Assembly (NCBI GenBank): GCA_965218785.1
Contig: OZ244650.1
Location: 448,001 to 512,000, forward strand
Reading direction: 5' to 3'
Length of the DNA stretch: 64,000 nt
Source of the DNA: Nitrosopumilus sp.
GTDB taxonomy: Archaea > Thermoproteota > Nitrososphaeria > Nitrososphaerales > Nitrosopumilaceae
Below are positions 1 through 8,951 of the stretch, piece after piece. The position numbers and the translations under genes are program-made. The stretch's first letter is position 1. Every line of letters begins with the position of its first letter. Below the pieces are notes generated by a model. It did no database searches. It saw only the letters and a list, made by a program, of their open reading frames with translations, and was not told the DNA's origin.

Positions 1-578
1 TTGATGTTTCTAATGTTCGAACTGGTTTCAGGTCCAACTACTATTCCAATTCCCTTGGCGTTAAGCGCAGTTATTTTCTCCAGTGCAATGACTGGATTCG
101 TTGCAGAATCTTCTGAAATCATTTTAAGATGCCACTGTGCTCCAATCTCTTCTAAATGCTTGTTAAAATCCACTACTGCCAGCTTGGAGCCCTCGTGATT
201 TTCCAATCCATGGGTTGCCAAGTCGCCTGTCAGTGGAAGAATTAATCCAATTGTTACTTCGCCAGATAACTCTGCTGTCTCCTCTATGATGGATGGCGGT
301 TCTTCTATCATCATTTCTTCCTCTTCCCTCATCATCTCCTCTTCCCTCATCATCTCCTCTTCCCTCATCATCTCCTCTTCCCTCATCATCTCCTCTTCCC
401 TCATCATCTCCTCTTCCCTCATCATCTCCTCTTCCCTCATCATCTCCTCTTCCCTCATCATCTCCTCCTCTTTCATCATAGATTCCTTGCCAATATCTGA
501 TAATCCCAAAGCAGCCACGATGGCAATTATAATTATTCCAATACCTATGCCAATTACTATCTTCTTACTAGAACTCAT
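1..578 (-). CDS. ABC transporter substrate-binding protein, branched-chain amino acid/LivK-like (5' part; continues beyond window start)
   Basis: Not in ORF track because the stop lies outside the window. ATG at 578-576 reads MSSSKKIVIGMGIGIIIIAIVAALGL (TM anchor), then (EMMREE)8, then EVTIGLILPLTGDLATHG...EDSATNP...GIVVGPETS, typical type I periplasmic binding protein motifs. Confidence 0.85.
   Translation of the reverse strand, partial: MSSSKKIVIGIGIGIIIIAIVAALGLSDIGKESMMKEEEMMREEEMMREEEMMREEEMMREEEMMREEEMMREEEMMREEEMMREEEEMMIEEPPSIIEETAELSGEVTIGLILPLTGDLATHGLENHEGSKLAVVDFNKHLEEIGAQWHLKMISEDSATNPVIALEKITALNAKGIGIVVGPETSSNIRNI
321..464. repeat. 18-bp perfect tandem repeat x8 (ctcttccctcatcatctc), encoding (EMMREE)8 on the minus strand
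   Basis: Eight identical units counted directly, with degenerate units on both flanks. Confidence 0.97.
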
Positions 579-752
579 TTTCTACCAGTTTTAGATATAT
601 GTGCTTTTTAAACATTCTTAATAATCCGATATCAAGGTTCAGAATCTCCGGATTTTCATAGTATGTGGGCCGTTTTTGGGCATATTTCTGAGGCTGCCTG
701 CTGATGGATTCATCTCAGATATTTTTTAATACTATATTGCAGTTCTCTTAAT

Positions 753-2234
753 GTGACTAGTATTACCTTTCATGGAGGCGTAAATGACATCGGTGGAAAC
801 AAATTCCTAGTCAAAGACAAGAATACCACGCTTTTCATGGATTTTGGAATGTCTTTTTCTGAAGAAGGCAAGTTTTTCTCCCAGTTCATGAATGCACGAG
901 GCTCCAATGCTTTGGGCGATATGTTTGATCTGGGAATTTTACCCAAAATCAAAGGGTTGTACAGACGGGATTATGCCAGACATATCGGGTTTGATGGCAA
1001 CGAAGAAACCCAGGTTGATGCCATACTACTTACTCATGCACACGTTGACCACTGTGCGTACATTCCATATCTTCGGGAAGATATTCCGATTTACTGTTCT
1101 GAGGAATCAAAACTAATCATGCAGAATTTTGATGATACTGGAGCCGACCAATATCTCACATTAAAAGAAAAATTCAAAGTCTATGAAAACTCTAAAGGGG
1201 AAATCAGTAGAATGAGCGGCAATAAAGTAAAAATTCCTAGAAACATTCAACTATTCAAATCCGGAAAAGAGTTTTCAATTGACTCCATTAACGTAAATCC
1301 GCTGCCTGTAGATCATTCCATTCCAGGAGTCCATACTTTTATCTTACATACCTCCGGAGGAGCAATTGGAAATACTGCCGATTTGAGATTTCATGGAAGA
1401 CGAAGTAAGGATACAGAAAAATTTGTTGAAAAATGTGCAGAAGCCTCACTTGATTATCTGCTGTGCGAGGGGACTAGAATCGATGCAGAGTCATCATTAA
1501 CTGAATATGACATTGAGAATAAAGTTACCGGTATTGCAAACGATACCGCGGGTCTGGTAATTTGCGGGTACCCGATAAGGGATTTGGACAGACTGCAGTC
1601 ATTTTACCTGTCGGCAAAACAGTCTAATCGTGATCTGGTCATTGATATGAAGCAGGCATATCTGCTGAAGCTGTTCTCTCAATCAGACAATCTCAAAGGA
1701 AACTACCCCCCGCCCACTGATAATAACATCAAGATTTACATTCCAAGAGGAACCTGGGGATTGCTTGATAAGGACTCGAAGAAATTCTCTAAGAAACAAT
1801 TTTACATGGATTATGCTAAATGGCAACAAGAATTTCTTGATTACCCAAACGCCATAGATTACAGAGATATCAAGAAAAGCCCGAAAGACTTCATATTCTT
1901 TTGCAGTGATTTTAAACTGCAGGATTTGATTGATATCAAGCCTGATGAGGGGGCAACCTACATCCGTTCATTGACTGAACCATTTGATATGGAGATGGAA
2001 CTCAAAGCAGAACAGGTAAAAAACTGGTTTGTACACTTTGGCGTGCTCAAAAAGGATCAGAATTGGCATCAGATCCATGTTTCAGGCCACGGTGATGGTA
2101 CCCAGATAAAAAAAGTCATTGACGAGTCCAATGCCAAAAAACTGATTCCCATTCATACCCAACATGATGAATACCACAAAAAATGGCATAATGACGTGAT
2201 CTCAGTCAATCAACACGATGTAATAGATCTATGA
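753..2234 (+). CDS. beta-CASP / MBL-fold ribonuclease, RNase J-like
   Basis: GGVNDIGGN start, DFG, HAHVDH metal motif, VDHS, ADLRFHG, HVSGH (motif B), PIH (motif C). Confidence 0.8.
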   Translation: MTSITFHGGVNDIGGNKFLVKDKNTTLFMDFGMSFSEEGKFFSQFMNARGSNALGDMFDLGILPKIKGLYRRDYARHIGFDGNEETQVDAILLTHAHVDHCAYIPYLREDIPIYCSEESKLIMQNFDDTGADQYLTLKEKFKVYENSKGEISRMSGNKVKIPRNIQLFKSGKEFSIDSINVNPLPVDHSIPGVHTFILHTSGGAIGNTADLRFHGRRSKDTEKFVEKCAEASLDYLLCEGTRIDAESSLTEYDIENKVTGIANDTAGLVICGYPIRDLDRLQSFYLSAKQSNRDLVIDMKQAYLLKLFSQSDNLKGNYPPPTDNNIKIYIPRGTWGLLDKDSKKFSKKQFYMDYAKWQQEFLDYPNAIDYRDIKKSPKDFIFFCSDFKLQDLIDIKPDEGATYIRSLTEPFDMEMELKAEQVKNWFVHFGVLKKDQNWHQIHVSGHGDGTQIKKVIDESNAKKLIPIHTQHDEYHKKWHNDVISVNQHDVIDL

Positions 2235-2344
2235 TCGTCTTCTGGCCTGGTATTTTTGTAAAGATGTCATGAAATACCAGCCCTCCCTACCTGAAGAATC
2301 TGCTCTGATAAACTCTTATTTTGGATATGATTTTCACGTAAGTT

Positions 2345-2992
2345 ATGGAAATTACAGTTGATCAAATGTATGATATTGAAAACAAGGGCCATGACATGGG
2401 ATTTTTGAAAAAATTCATGATGGAAAATGCGGGAGCTGCTGCTGTACGACGGTTACTTGATAAAGTCGGTGATATAAAATCAAAAAATGTTTTGATTTTT
2501 GTTGGAATGGGAAACAATGGAGGTGATGGTCTGGTAATGGCAAGACACCTGGCAGGTTATGATGCAAAAGTTACAGTCATGCTTTTGGGAAGTCCTGAAA
2601 ACATCAAAACAGAGGAGAGCAACTGGAATTGGTCAATTCTGCAAAAAATGCCATCTGTCAGATTAATGTCCGGAGACTGGACTGATCCTGATTTCAAACC
2701 AGACGTCATAGTTGATGCCATCTTGGGTACTGGCATATCTGGAGAAATTCGTGAGCCATATGCATCTGCCATCAACTATATCAACCAGACAGACAGCTAC
2801 AAGCTTGCAGTGGATGTTCCATCCGGATTGAATCCACAAACAGGAGAGACTGCCAACATCTTTACAAAATGCGACATGACAGTCACATTTCATAAAATGA
2901 AACAGGGGATTCCTAAAAGAAGGGATTTGACAGGGGAACTGTTTGCAGAAAAAATCGGAATTCCCCCCGAGGCAGAAGAGGATATTTTATGA
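2345..2992 (+). CDS. nnrE: NAD(P)H-hydrate epimerase (YjeF N-terminal domain)
   Basis: MENAG, GNNGGDG, DAILGTG and AVDVPSG motifs. Confidence 0.92.
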   Translation: MEITVDQMYDIENKGHDMGFLKKFMMENAGAAAVRRLLDKVGDIKSKNVLIFVGMGNNGGDGLVMARHLAGYDAKVTVMLLGSPENIKTEESNWNWSILQKMPSVRLMSGDWTDPDFKPDVIVDAILGTGISGEIREPYASAINYINQTDSYKLAVDVPSGLNPQTGETANIFTKCDMTVTFHKMKQGIPKRRDLTGELFAEKIGIPPEAEEDIL

Positions 2993-3600
2993 AAGTGCAT
3001 CAACTTCAAGTTGGCAATATGCAGAATTTCACCTATGTTGTTGAAGATGAGGATACCAGTGCGGCGATAATCATTGATCCTTCCTGGGAACTCGTCGAAC
3101 TAGAATTAATCATAAAAAGAAACGGCCTAAAGGTAAAATACATTGTAAACACACACCATCATTTTGATCATACACTTGGTAATGAAGCAATGAAAGAGTC
3201 GACCAAGGTACCCGTCATTCAACATGAATCTTCCGAATTACAGCATGACATAGCAGTAAAAGACGGGGATTATATTGAATTTGGCAATTCAAAACTCAAA
3301 GTCATTCATACCCCCGGACATTCTAAAGACAGTATATGTCTCATAGGTGATGGCAAAATTTTCTCAGGTGACACGTTATTTGTAGGAAATTGTGGAAGAG
3401 TTGATCTGCCAGGCGGAAGCGCAAGGGATCTTTATCACAGTCTTTTTGATATTCTCTATCTGTTAGATGATGATCTAGTCATGTATTCGGGCCATAATTA
3501 TGGCCCCTCTGATACGTCTACTATCGGACAGGAGAAAATCACCAATATGGTTATGCAAAAACGAACAGAACAACAGTTCGTTGAAATGATGGGCCAGTGA
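2989..3600 (+). CDS. MBL-fold hydrolase, glyoxalase II-like
   Basis: THHHFDH, HTPGHS, GDTLF, GHNY; start overlaps the upstream stop. Confidence 0.88.
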   Translation: MKVHQLQVGNMQNFTYVVEDEDTSAAIIIDPSWELVELELIIKRNGLKVKYIVNTHHHFDHTLGNEAMKESTKVPVIQHESSELQHDIAVKDGDYIEFGNSKLKVIHTPGHSKDSICLIGDGKIFSGDTLFVGNCGRVDLPGGSARDLYHSLFDILYLLDDDLVMYSGHNYGPSDTSTIGQEKITNMVMQKRTEQQFVEMMGQ

Positions 3601-4670
3601 GCTTTTTGGAAAATTTTGAGCTGTTTGGAAATGTCAAAAAGGGTCAAATCTTTCTTGACAGTCTAAGATCCAAAAGGTTTCTCTTTTCATTCGTAATTTC
3701 ATATACTGAAACCTGTGAAATACCTGGAATTACCTTTGCAGGTGCAGACAAGGATTCGATTCAGTTCACACCTCCTGCCGATGCAGAATATCTTCATTAT
3801 GGCTACTGCAAGACGATTGATAAAATCCCAATGACTCCTGATGGAAAACCGACTCCTGGATTGCTGACCAAGACCGCATTGGAATTCTCAAGTATTCCCC
3901 ACTTGACAATTAACGCCGGCAGTAAAATCACTCCCCAACTGCCCTTCATTGATACTGCATTATCCTTTGGAAAAGATATCTCGATACAGGATGCCATGAC
4001 GGATTCCCAAGTATCTCATGCAGTTGATTATGGCAGAATTGTTGGAAGAAGCATGGCCTCCCTGACTGACTGTCTGATAATCGGTGAAAGCATTCCTGGC
4101 GGAACCACCACCGCGTTGGCCGTATTAAAGGCATTTGGTTTTGATGCTAGGGTAAGCTCAAGCATCCCAAACAATCCCGTTGAATTAAAAAATCGAACTG
4201 TTGATTCCGCACTCAAAAGAGTTGATTCTGATCATCCCTACGATATCGTTGCAAAAGTCGGGGATCCAATGATTCCCTTTGTTGCAGGAATGCTAAGCTC
4301 AGCATCTGATGTCTCCAAGGTCCTGCTGGCAGGCGGTACTCAAATGACTGCGGTACTGGCGTTTGCATCAAAAATCGGATTTAATCAGGAAAACACCGCA
4401 ATTGGAACAACCTCCTATATCACAAATGATAAAACAGCCAATTTCGCGAGTTTGGTCGAGGAGATTGCAGATATTCCGGCAATCTCTGTCAATCCTGGCT
4501 TGGAGAATTCACAATACTCCGGTCTAAAGGCGTTTTCGGAAGGATTTGCAAAAGAAGGCGTAGGTGCAGGTGGCAGTATCATCTCATCTATGCTCAAGAC
4601 TGGAAACGATTCTACAAAGTTCCTAGAGATGGCAGAAAAAGAGTACCGTAGATTGTTTACTTTACAGTAA
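3597..4670 (+). CDS. cobT: Archaeal nicotinate-nucleotide phosphoribosyltransferase, CobT-like (TIGR00303)
   Basis: IPGITFAG, TPPADAE, GESIPGGTTTA, LAGGTQM, KEGVGAGG. Confidence 0.85.
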   Translation: MSFLENFELFGNVKKGQIFLDSLRSKRFLFSFVISYTETCEIPGITFAGADKDSIQFTPPADAEYLHYGYCKTIDKIPMTPDGKPTPGLLTKTALEFSSIPHLTINAGSKITPQLPFIDTALSFGKDISIQDAMTDSQVSHAVDYGRIVGRSMASLTDCLIIGESIPGGTTTALAVLKAFGFDARVSSSIPNNPVELKNRTVDSALKRVDSDHPYDIVAKVGDPMIPFVAGMLSSASDVSKVLLAGGTQMTAVLAFASKIGFNQENTAIGTTSYITNDKTANFASLVEEIADIPAISVNPGLENSQYSGLKAFSEGFAKEGVGAGGSIISSMLKTGNDSTKFLEMAEKEYRRLFTLQ

Positions 4671-6417
4671 CTGATTTTGCCAGATTTCTGGGATAATCCG
4701 GGTCTGTATCCTTTTCAAGTGCGGCATAGTAGGATAACAACTGTATTGGAATGATCTCCGAGATTGGATACAGCACTTCGTCTATTTTTGGTATTTCTAT
4801 CCAGTAATCATAAACATCACTTTGTATGTCTGAAACCCCGATAATTTTTGCCCCGCGGGCCTTGATCTCCCTTGCACTTGTCAGCGTATCTGCATATGTT
4901 GAATCATTTGGATTTATAATTATCACAAACACATTTGAATCCATTAATGCAAGAGGCCCATGTTTTAACTCCCCGCCTGGAATTCCCTCTGCATGGATGT
5001 ATGTCAGTTCTTTGAGTTTCAATGCCGCCTCTATTGCGATTGGATAATTTATCCCCCTGCCCAAGACATAAATGTCTGAAATTTCTTTTAACAGCTTTGC
5101 AATCTGCTGAATTTTTACTGGATTCTCTAATATTTTCAAAATTGATTTAGAAAAGACTTTGAAATTAATCGTAATGTTGTTGTTGCTTAATTTCTGTACA
5201 ATTTTGTACAGTATTACCAGCTGTGATGTGAAGCTCTTTGTTGAGGCAACCCCTATTTCAGGTCCGCAGTTCATGCCAATTATCACGTCTGCCTCACGTG
5301 CAAGTGATGATGTTGTCAAATTGACAATTGCTATTATCTTACAATCTGTCTGTTTTGCGATTTTAACTGCCTCTAGAACATCCGCACTTTCACCACTTTG
5401 TGATATCGCAATGAGGATCGAACCATCCTCTATGGTGTCCGGTAGGAACTGGAGCTCGCTTGATATGATCGGCTCGGTCTTGATTTTGGCATATTTTGAT
5501 AGAATCTGCTTTGCGATCAATGCGGAATTGTAACTTGTACCGCTGCCTGTTATGTAGATATTTTTTGCGTGTTTGATATAATCTGCCGTCTTTTCAATTG
5601 CATCTGCCGTCTTTTCACCGGCCTTTAGGACTGTTTCATGCTGTTCGTAAATTTCTTTTAATGTAAAGTGTGCATAATCTCCTTTGTATGCATCGCCGAA
5701 TTCCTTTGAAACCTTTGTTATTTCATATTTTACATGCTTGCCATTAAAATCCAGAATCTGAAATTTTTCTCCGTCTGAAATGACAAAATTACCGTTTTCT
5801 ATGTATATTGCCTCGTCTGTATATTCAATAAATCCTAAAACATCGCTTGACAAAAAGAGATTATCCTGTCCGATTCCCATTATCAACGGCTTGTAAAATC
5901 TTGCCGCTGCAAGTTGTCCATTTTCAAACATTGCAACAAATGCATAATGTCCTTTAAGCTCTGCAACGACTTTGATTATTGTTTCCCTGACATCTCTGGT
6001 TTCTTTATAATTTTTTTGAAGTAAATTTGCAATTACCTCGGTGTCTGTCTCACTCTTAAATTCATATCCCTCATCTTCTAATTTTTTCTTTAGTTCTTCA
6101 AAATTTTCGATTATTCCATTATGTACGATTGCGATTTTTCCTGAGTTACTTGAATGTGGATGTGCATTAATATCCGTAACACTGCCATGAGTTGCCCATC
6201 TGGTATGGCCGATACCGACTTTTCCTGGCATGGCATCTAGCTGAACTTTTGCATTTACCTCATTTACCTTTCCGGCACCCTTCTTTAACTCAATCCGATT
6301 ATCATATTCAGTTGCAACCCCGACGCTGTCGTATCCGCGGTATTCCATTCTTTTCAATCCATTTACAAGAATGGGTGCAGCGGTTTCTTTTCCACTGTAA
6401 CCGATTATTGAACACAT
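4657..6417 (-). CDS. glmS: Glutamine--fructose-6-phosphate aminotransferase
   Basis: N-terminal Cys, EYRGYDS, GHTRWATHG, SQSGES, C-terminal PRNLAKSVTVK. Confidence 0.97.
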   Translation of the reverse strand: MCSIIGYSGKETAAPILVNGLKRMEYRGYDSVGVATEYDNRIELKKGAGKVNEVNAKVQLDAMPGKVGIGHTRWATHGSVTDINAHPHSSNSGKIAIVHNGIIENFEELKKKLEDEGYEFKSETDTEVIANLLQKNYKETRDVRETIIKVVAELKGHYAFVAMFENGQLAAARFYKPLIMGIGQDNLFLSSDVLGFIEYTDEAIYIENGNFVISDGEKFQILDFNGKHVKYEITKVSKEFGDAYKGDYAHFTLKEIYEQHETVLKAGEKTADAIEKTADYIKHAKNIYITGSGTSYNSALIAKQILSKYAKIKTEPIISSELQFLPDTIEDGSILIAISQSGESADVLEAVKIAKQTDCKIIAIVNLTTSSLAREADVIIGMNCGPEIGVASTKSFTSQLVILYKIVQKLSNNNITINFKVFSKSILKILENPVKIQQIAKLLKEISDIYVLGRGINYPIAIEAALKLKELTYIHAEGIPGGELKHGPLALMDSNVFVIIINPNDSTYADTLTSAREIKARGAKIIGVSDIQSDVYDYWIEIPKIDEVLYPISEIIPIQLLSYYAALEKDTDPDYPRNLAKSVTVK

Positions 6418-6467
6418 GTACTCTCTTTGATAATTGGGGTTATTTACTGCTAAGCCTATTTTTTCGA

Positions 6468-7055
6468 TTATTTTGTCGAAGAACTTTCATCTTTTGCAGC
6501 CTCGACAGGTACCTCTTCTGATTCAGATGGTGTCTCATCTACGGGTTCTGATTTTGTCTTTTCTAACATTGTTGGAATTTTGGATTCGGGTGAAAAATGA
6601 ATGCTCTCCTCCTCAGTTACCTTGACTGTATATGATGGAATGTCCACTTTTCTCTCGCCGATCATTATGTGTCCGTGAATTACTGCCTGTCTTGCCTGAT
6701 ATGGTGTTTTGAATCCGAGTTTGTTTGTAACTATAGTCTGTAATCTGCGTGAAAGCAAATCAGTTACATTCAGATTAAGCACATCATCTAATGTTGCATC
6801 ACTGCTGACCAATCCGATTCTTGCAAGTGATTTCATCAAAATTGGTTCCTTCTCCACTCTGACTTCTTGTCTTAATGCAAGTAATGACCTTGCCTGATGT
6901 CTGACACGTGATAATTCTGTATGTGCCTTCCACAACTCCCTTTTAGTTCTTAATCCGAATGTACCTAGCGTCTTTAACTCCTCCATCTTTAATTCATAAT
7001 TAAGAGGTCTCTTTGGCTTTCTCCAAGCTCTGCGTGGATATTTTGGGTCTCCCAT
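6468..7055 (-). CDS. rps4: 30S ribosomal protein S4 (uS4)
   Basis: [30 protein letters not shown]; acidic C-terminal tail. Confidence 0.97.
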   Translation of the reverse strand: MGDPKYPRRAWRKPKRPLNYELKMEELKTLGTFGLRTKRELWKAHTELSRVRHQARSLLALRQEVRVEKEPILMKSLARIGLVSSDATLDDVLNLNVTDLLSRRLQTIVTNKLGFKTPYQARQAVIHGHIMIGERKVDIPSYTVKVTEEESIHFSPESKIPTMLEKTKSEPVDETPSESEEVPVEAAKDESSSTK

Positions 7056-7064
7056 TCAAGACAC

Positions 7065-7649
7065 CTATTTTTTCTCCGCCGGTGTTTCTTTTTTCTCTGC
7101 TGCCGGTGCTCCTGCTTCTGCTGCCGGTGCTTCTGCTCCTGCTGCAGCAGCTGCTTCTGCTGCCGGTGCTCCTGCTCCTCCCTTCTTTACAGGTGCTGCC
7201 AGTCCGCCTTTGGCAACGCCGACTGCTCCGCCTTTTCTGCCCGAAGTCCTGGTTCTCTGTCCCCTGACTTTCAGACCGCTTAGATGACGATAACCTCTCC
7301 AGCTTACGGTGATTCTTTCCCTTTCAATATCATTTCTTAATGTAAATGGAATATCTGATGTTAACAAATGCTTGTCTGCTCCTGTCTCGATATCTTTTTG
7401 TCTGTTAAGGAACCATATTGGGAAATTCCCTCCGACTGGATCTGTAATTAATTTTTCAATTGCTTGAATATTTTCTTCAGTGAGATTTCCCATATTGGAA
7501 TTTGTATTAATTTTCAAAGTATCGCAAATTGCTACGGCAAAGTTGTACCCAATGCCTTTAATCTGAGTCAGCCCTACTAGCAGTTTTCTCTCTCCTGGGA
7601 TATCATTTCCCACAATCCTTACAATGTGTCTGTATTCCTGACTGCTCAA
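7065..7649 (-). CDS. rps13: 30S ribosomal protein S13 (uS13)
   Basis: [30 protein letters not shown]; Ala-rich tail. Confidence 0.97.
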   Translation of the reverse strand: MSSQEYRHIVRIVGNDIPGERKLLVGLTQIKGIGYNFAVAICDTLKINTNSNMGNLTEENIQAIEKLITDPVGGNFPIWFLNRQKDIETGADKHLLTSDIPFTLRNDIERERITVSWRGYRHLSGLKVRGQRTRTSGRKGGAVGVAKGGLAAPVKKGGAGAPAAEAAAAAGAEAPAAEAGAPAAEKKETPAEKK

Positions 7650-7769
7650 GTATTCAAAAATTTAAAGAAACCCCGATAAAAACCATGCTAGGCGTAAAAT
7701 ACTGATCTTGAAATGTTTCTTTCAAATATTTCTGCCTCTAGTCTGGTGCAAATAGCCCTTTTTTGATAG

Positions 7770-7922
7770 TTATCTAAAGTCCTCATCATCTGTCCAGTCA
7801 TTTCCCTGAAGATTCCACTGGTTACATTTGCAGCATTTTTTGACTCCCCTTTGGGCATCAATATCTATGCAAAAACAGTGCTCTCCCTTCCCGGATGAAT
7901 CCCCGCTACATAGTTTTTGCAT
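7770..7922 (-). CDS. Small Cys-rich protein (50 aa, 6 Cys + 1 His), putative metal-binding microprotein
   Basis: Hand-translated, below the ORF-track cutoff: MQKLCSGDSSGKGEHCFCIDIDAQRGVKKCCKCNQWNLQGNDWTDDEDFR. It fills an otherwise empty gap and has TAATTAAG about 28 nt upstream of the ATG. Confidence 0.6.
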   Translation of the reverse strand: MQKLCSGDSSGKGEHCFCIDIDAQRGVKKCCKCNQWNLQGNDWTDDEDFR

Positions 7923-8005
7923 GATTTTCTGGGTGTCTTTTTCTTAATTACCCTATTGGCGTCTTTTGAAAAGTTATAAATTTACAAATCTTTTGTTACA
8001 AAGAA

Positions 8006-8317
8006 ATGGCTGAAACCTTCGATCGGGAAAAAGTCGTAGATTGCATGTTTGATCCCGTAACGTCTTTGATATTGGCAGAACTAGAAGATGGTGAAAAAGA
8101 ATGCTCATTTCTGGCCAAACAGTCCTCCATATCCGAATCACAAGTCCTTGAACGGCTGTCCTATCTGATAGAATATGAATTCATTTCCAGAAATTCCAAT
8201 GATGGAAAATGCATGCTTGCTGCCAATCTTGAAAAACTCAGTGCCGTTGTTGAGGAGAATGGAAACTTTGATGCTGCCATTGACGGTCTTGAAAAGATGG
8301 ATAGTTATCTAAACTGA
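8006..8317 (+). CDS. ArsR-like winged-helix protein
   Basis: FDPVTSLILAELEDGEKECSFLAKQSSISESQVLERLSYL follows the ArsR/wHTH pattern; TATA (ttataaat 7974-7981) upstream. Confidence 0.65.
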   Translation: MAETFDREKVVDCMFDPVTSLILAELEDGEKECSFLAKQSSISESQVLERLSYLIEYEFISRNSNDGKCMLAANLEKLSAVVEENGNFDAAIDGLEKMDSYLN

Positions 8318-8812
8318 TCTGATTTTATTTCTAATCCCGTAGATTCCTACTGCTACTAATCCTGCCATTCCGATAACCAATACATACACTGAGATAAAAC
8401 CAAGCGATTTCTTGCCGGCATCCGGAAGCGGTCCTATGGCTCCAAACACCTGGATTTCCTCATTACTTGTGCTTTGAACTACCAGCTTGTAAGTTCCGGT
8501 TTCAATGACGTCAAATTCCTCCTCAGTGCTCTCCTCACTAACTGACTGAGAAGCTATTTCCACATCAAACGGATTTAAAATTCTAGCAGAAAACACACCT
8601 TCCTTGAATTCTAAGATCTGTACTGCAAAAACCCCCGTTGATGTCTCCTGTGCATCAAACTCTGCTGAAACTGTCAGCATTTGATCTGAACTTATTATTC
8701 CGTTTTCCTGACTAACCCCCTCTAAAATTACCTGACTTCCTATGGCCAGCAGGATCAGCCCTATCACAATTAATGCCCCTGCAATGACGATCATTATTGC
8801 TGACTTTTGCAC
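8309..8812 (-). CDS. Membrane-anchored hypothetical protein (N- and C-terminal TM helices)
   Basis: Hydrophobic termini flanking a beta-rich acidic domain. Confidence 0.75.
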   Translation of the reverse strand: MQKSAIMIVIAGALIVIGLILLAIGSQVILEGVSQENGIISSDQMLTVSAEFDAQETSTGVFAVQILEFKEGVFSARILNPFDVEIASQSVSEESTEEEFDVIETGTYKLVVQSTSNEEIQVFGAIGPLPDAGKKSLGFISVYVLVIGMAGLVAVGIYGIRNKIRSV

Positions 8813-8884
8813 AAATCATGATTATTCCTCTTTAGTTTAAACGTAATTTTTCTAAAATCTGAAAATTAGTCTTGTATAATAAAA

Positions 8885-8917
8885 TTAGATTAGACTAAAA
8901 AAATTAGCTTAGATTAA
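8885..8917. promoter_or_regulatory. Two tandem DtxR/MntR-like operator boxes upstream of the multicopper oxidase
   Basis: TTAGATTAGACTAA (8885-8898) and TTAGCTTAGATTAA (8904-8917) match TTAGGTTAGCCTAA at 12/14 and 11/14 and abut the TATA box tttaaata (8919-8926). Confidence 0.55.
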
Positions 8918-8951
8918 ATTTAAATAAAGAATTTTTCTCTCACTACATATC

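Noticed and set aside
321-464. Possible CRISPR array
   Set aside because: Head-to-tail repeats with no spacers, in frame within a CDS, and no cas genes in the window.
286-594. Plus-strand ORFs (IISSSL)n and (SSSPLP)n
   Set aside because: They are antisense shadows of the 18-bp repeat in the minus-strand ABC binding protein gene.
2247-2280. Inverted repeat CTGGTATTT...AAATACCAG after the nuclease gene
   Set aside because: A single 9-bp stem with no second copy or family resemblance; could be chance or a simple 3' hairpin.
7065-7200. Ala/Pro-rich repeated tail of S13 (gctgccggtgctcctgct)
   Set aside because: Low-complexity tails on ribosomal proteins are common in this lineage, and the repeats are imperfect.
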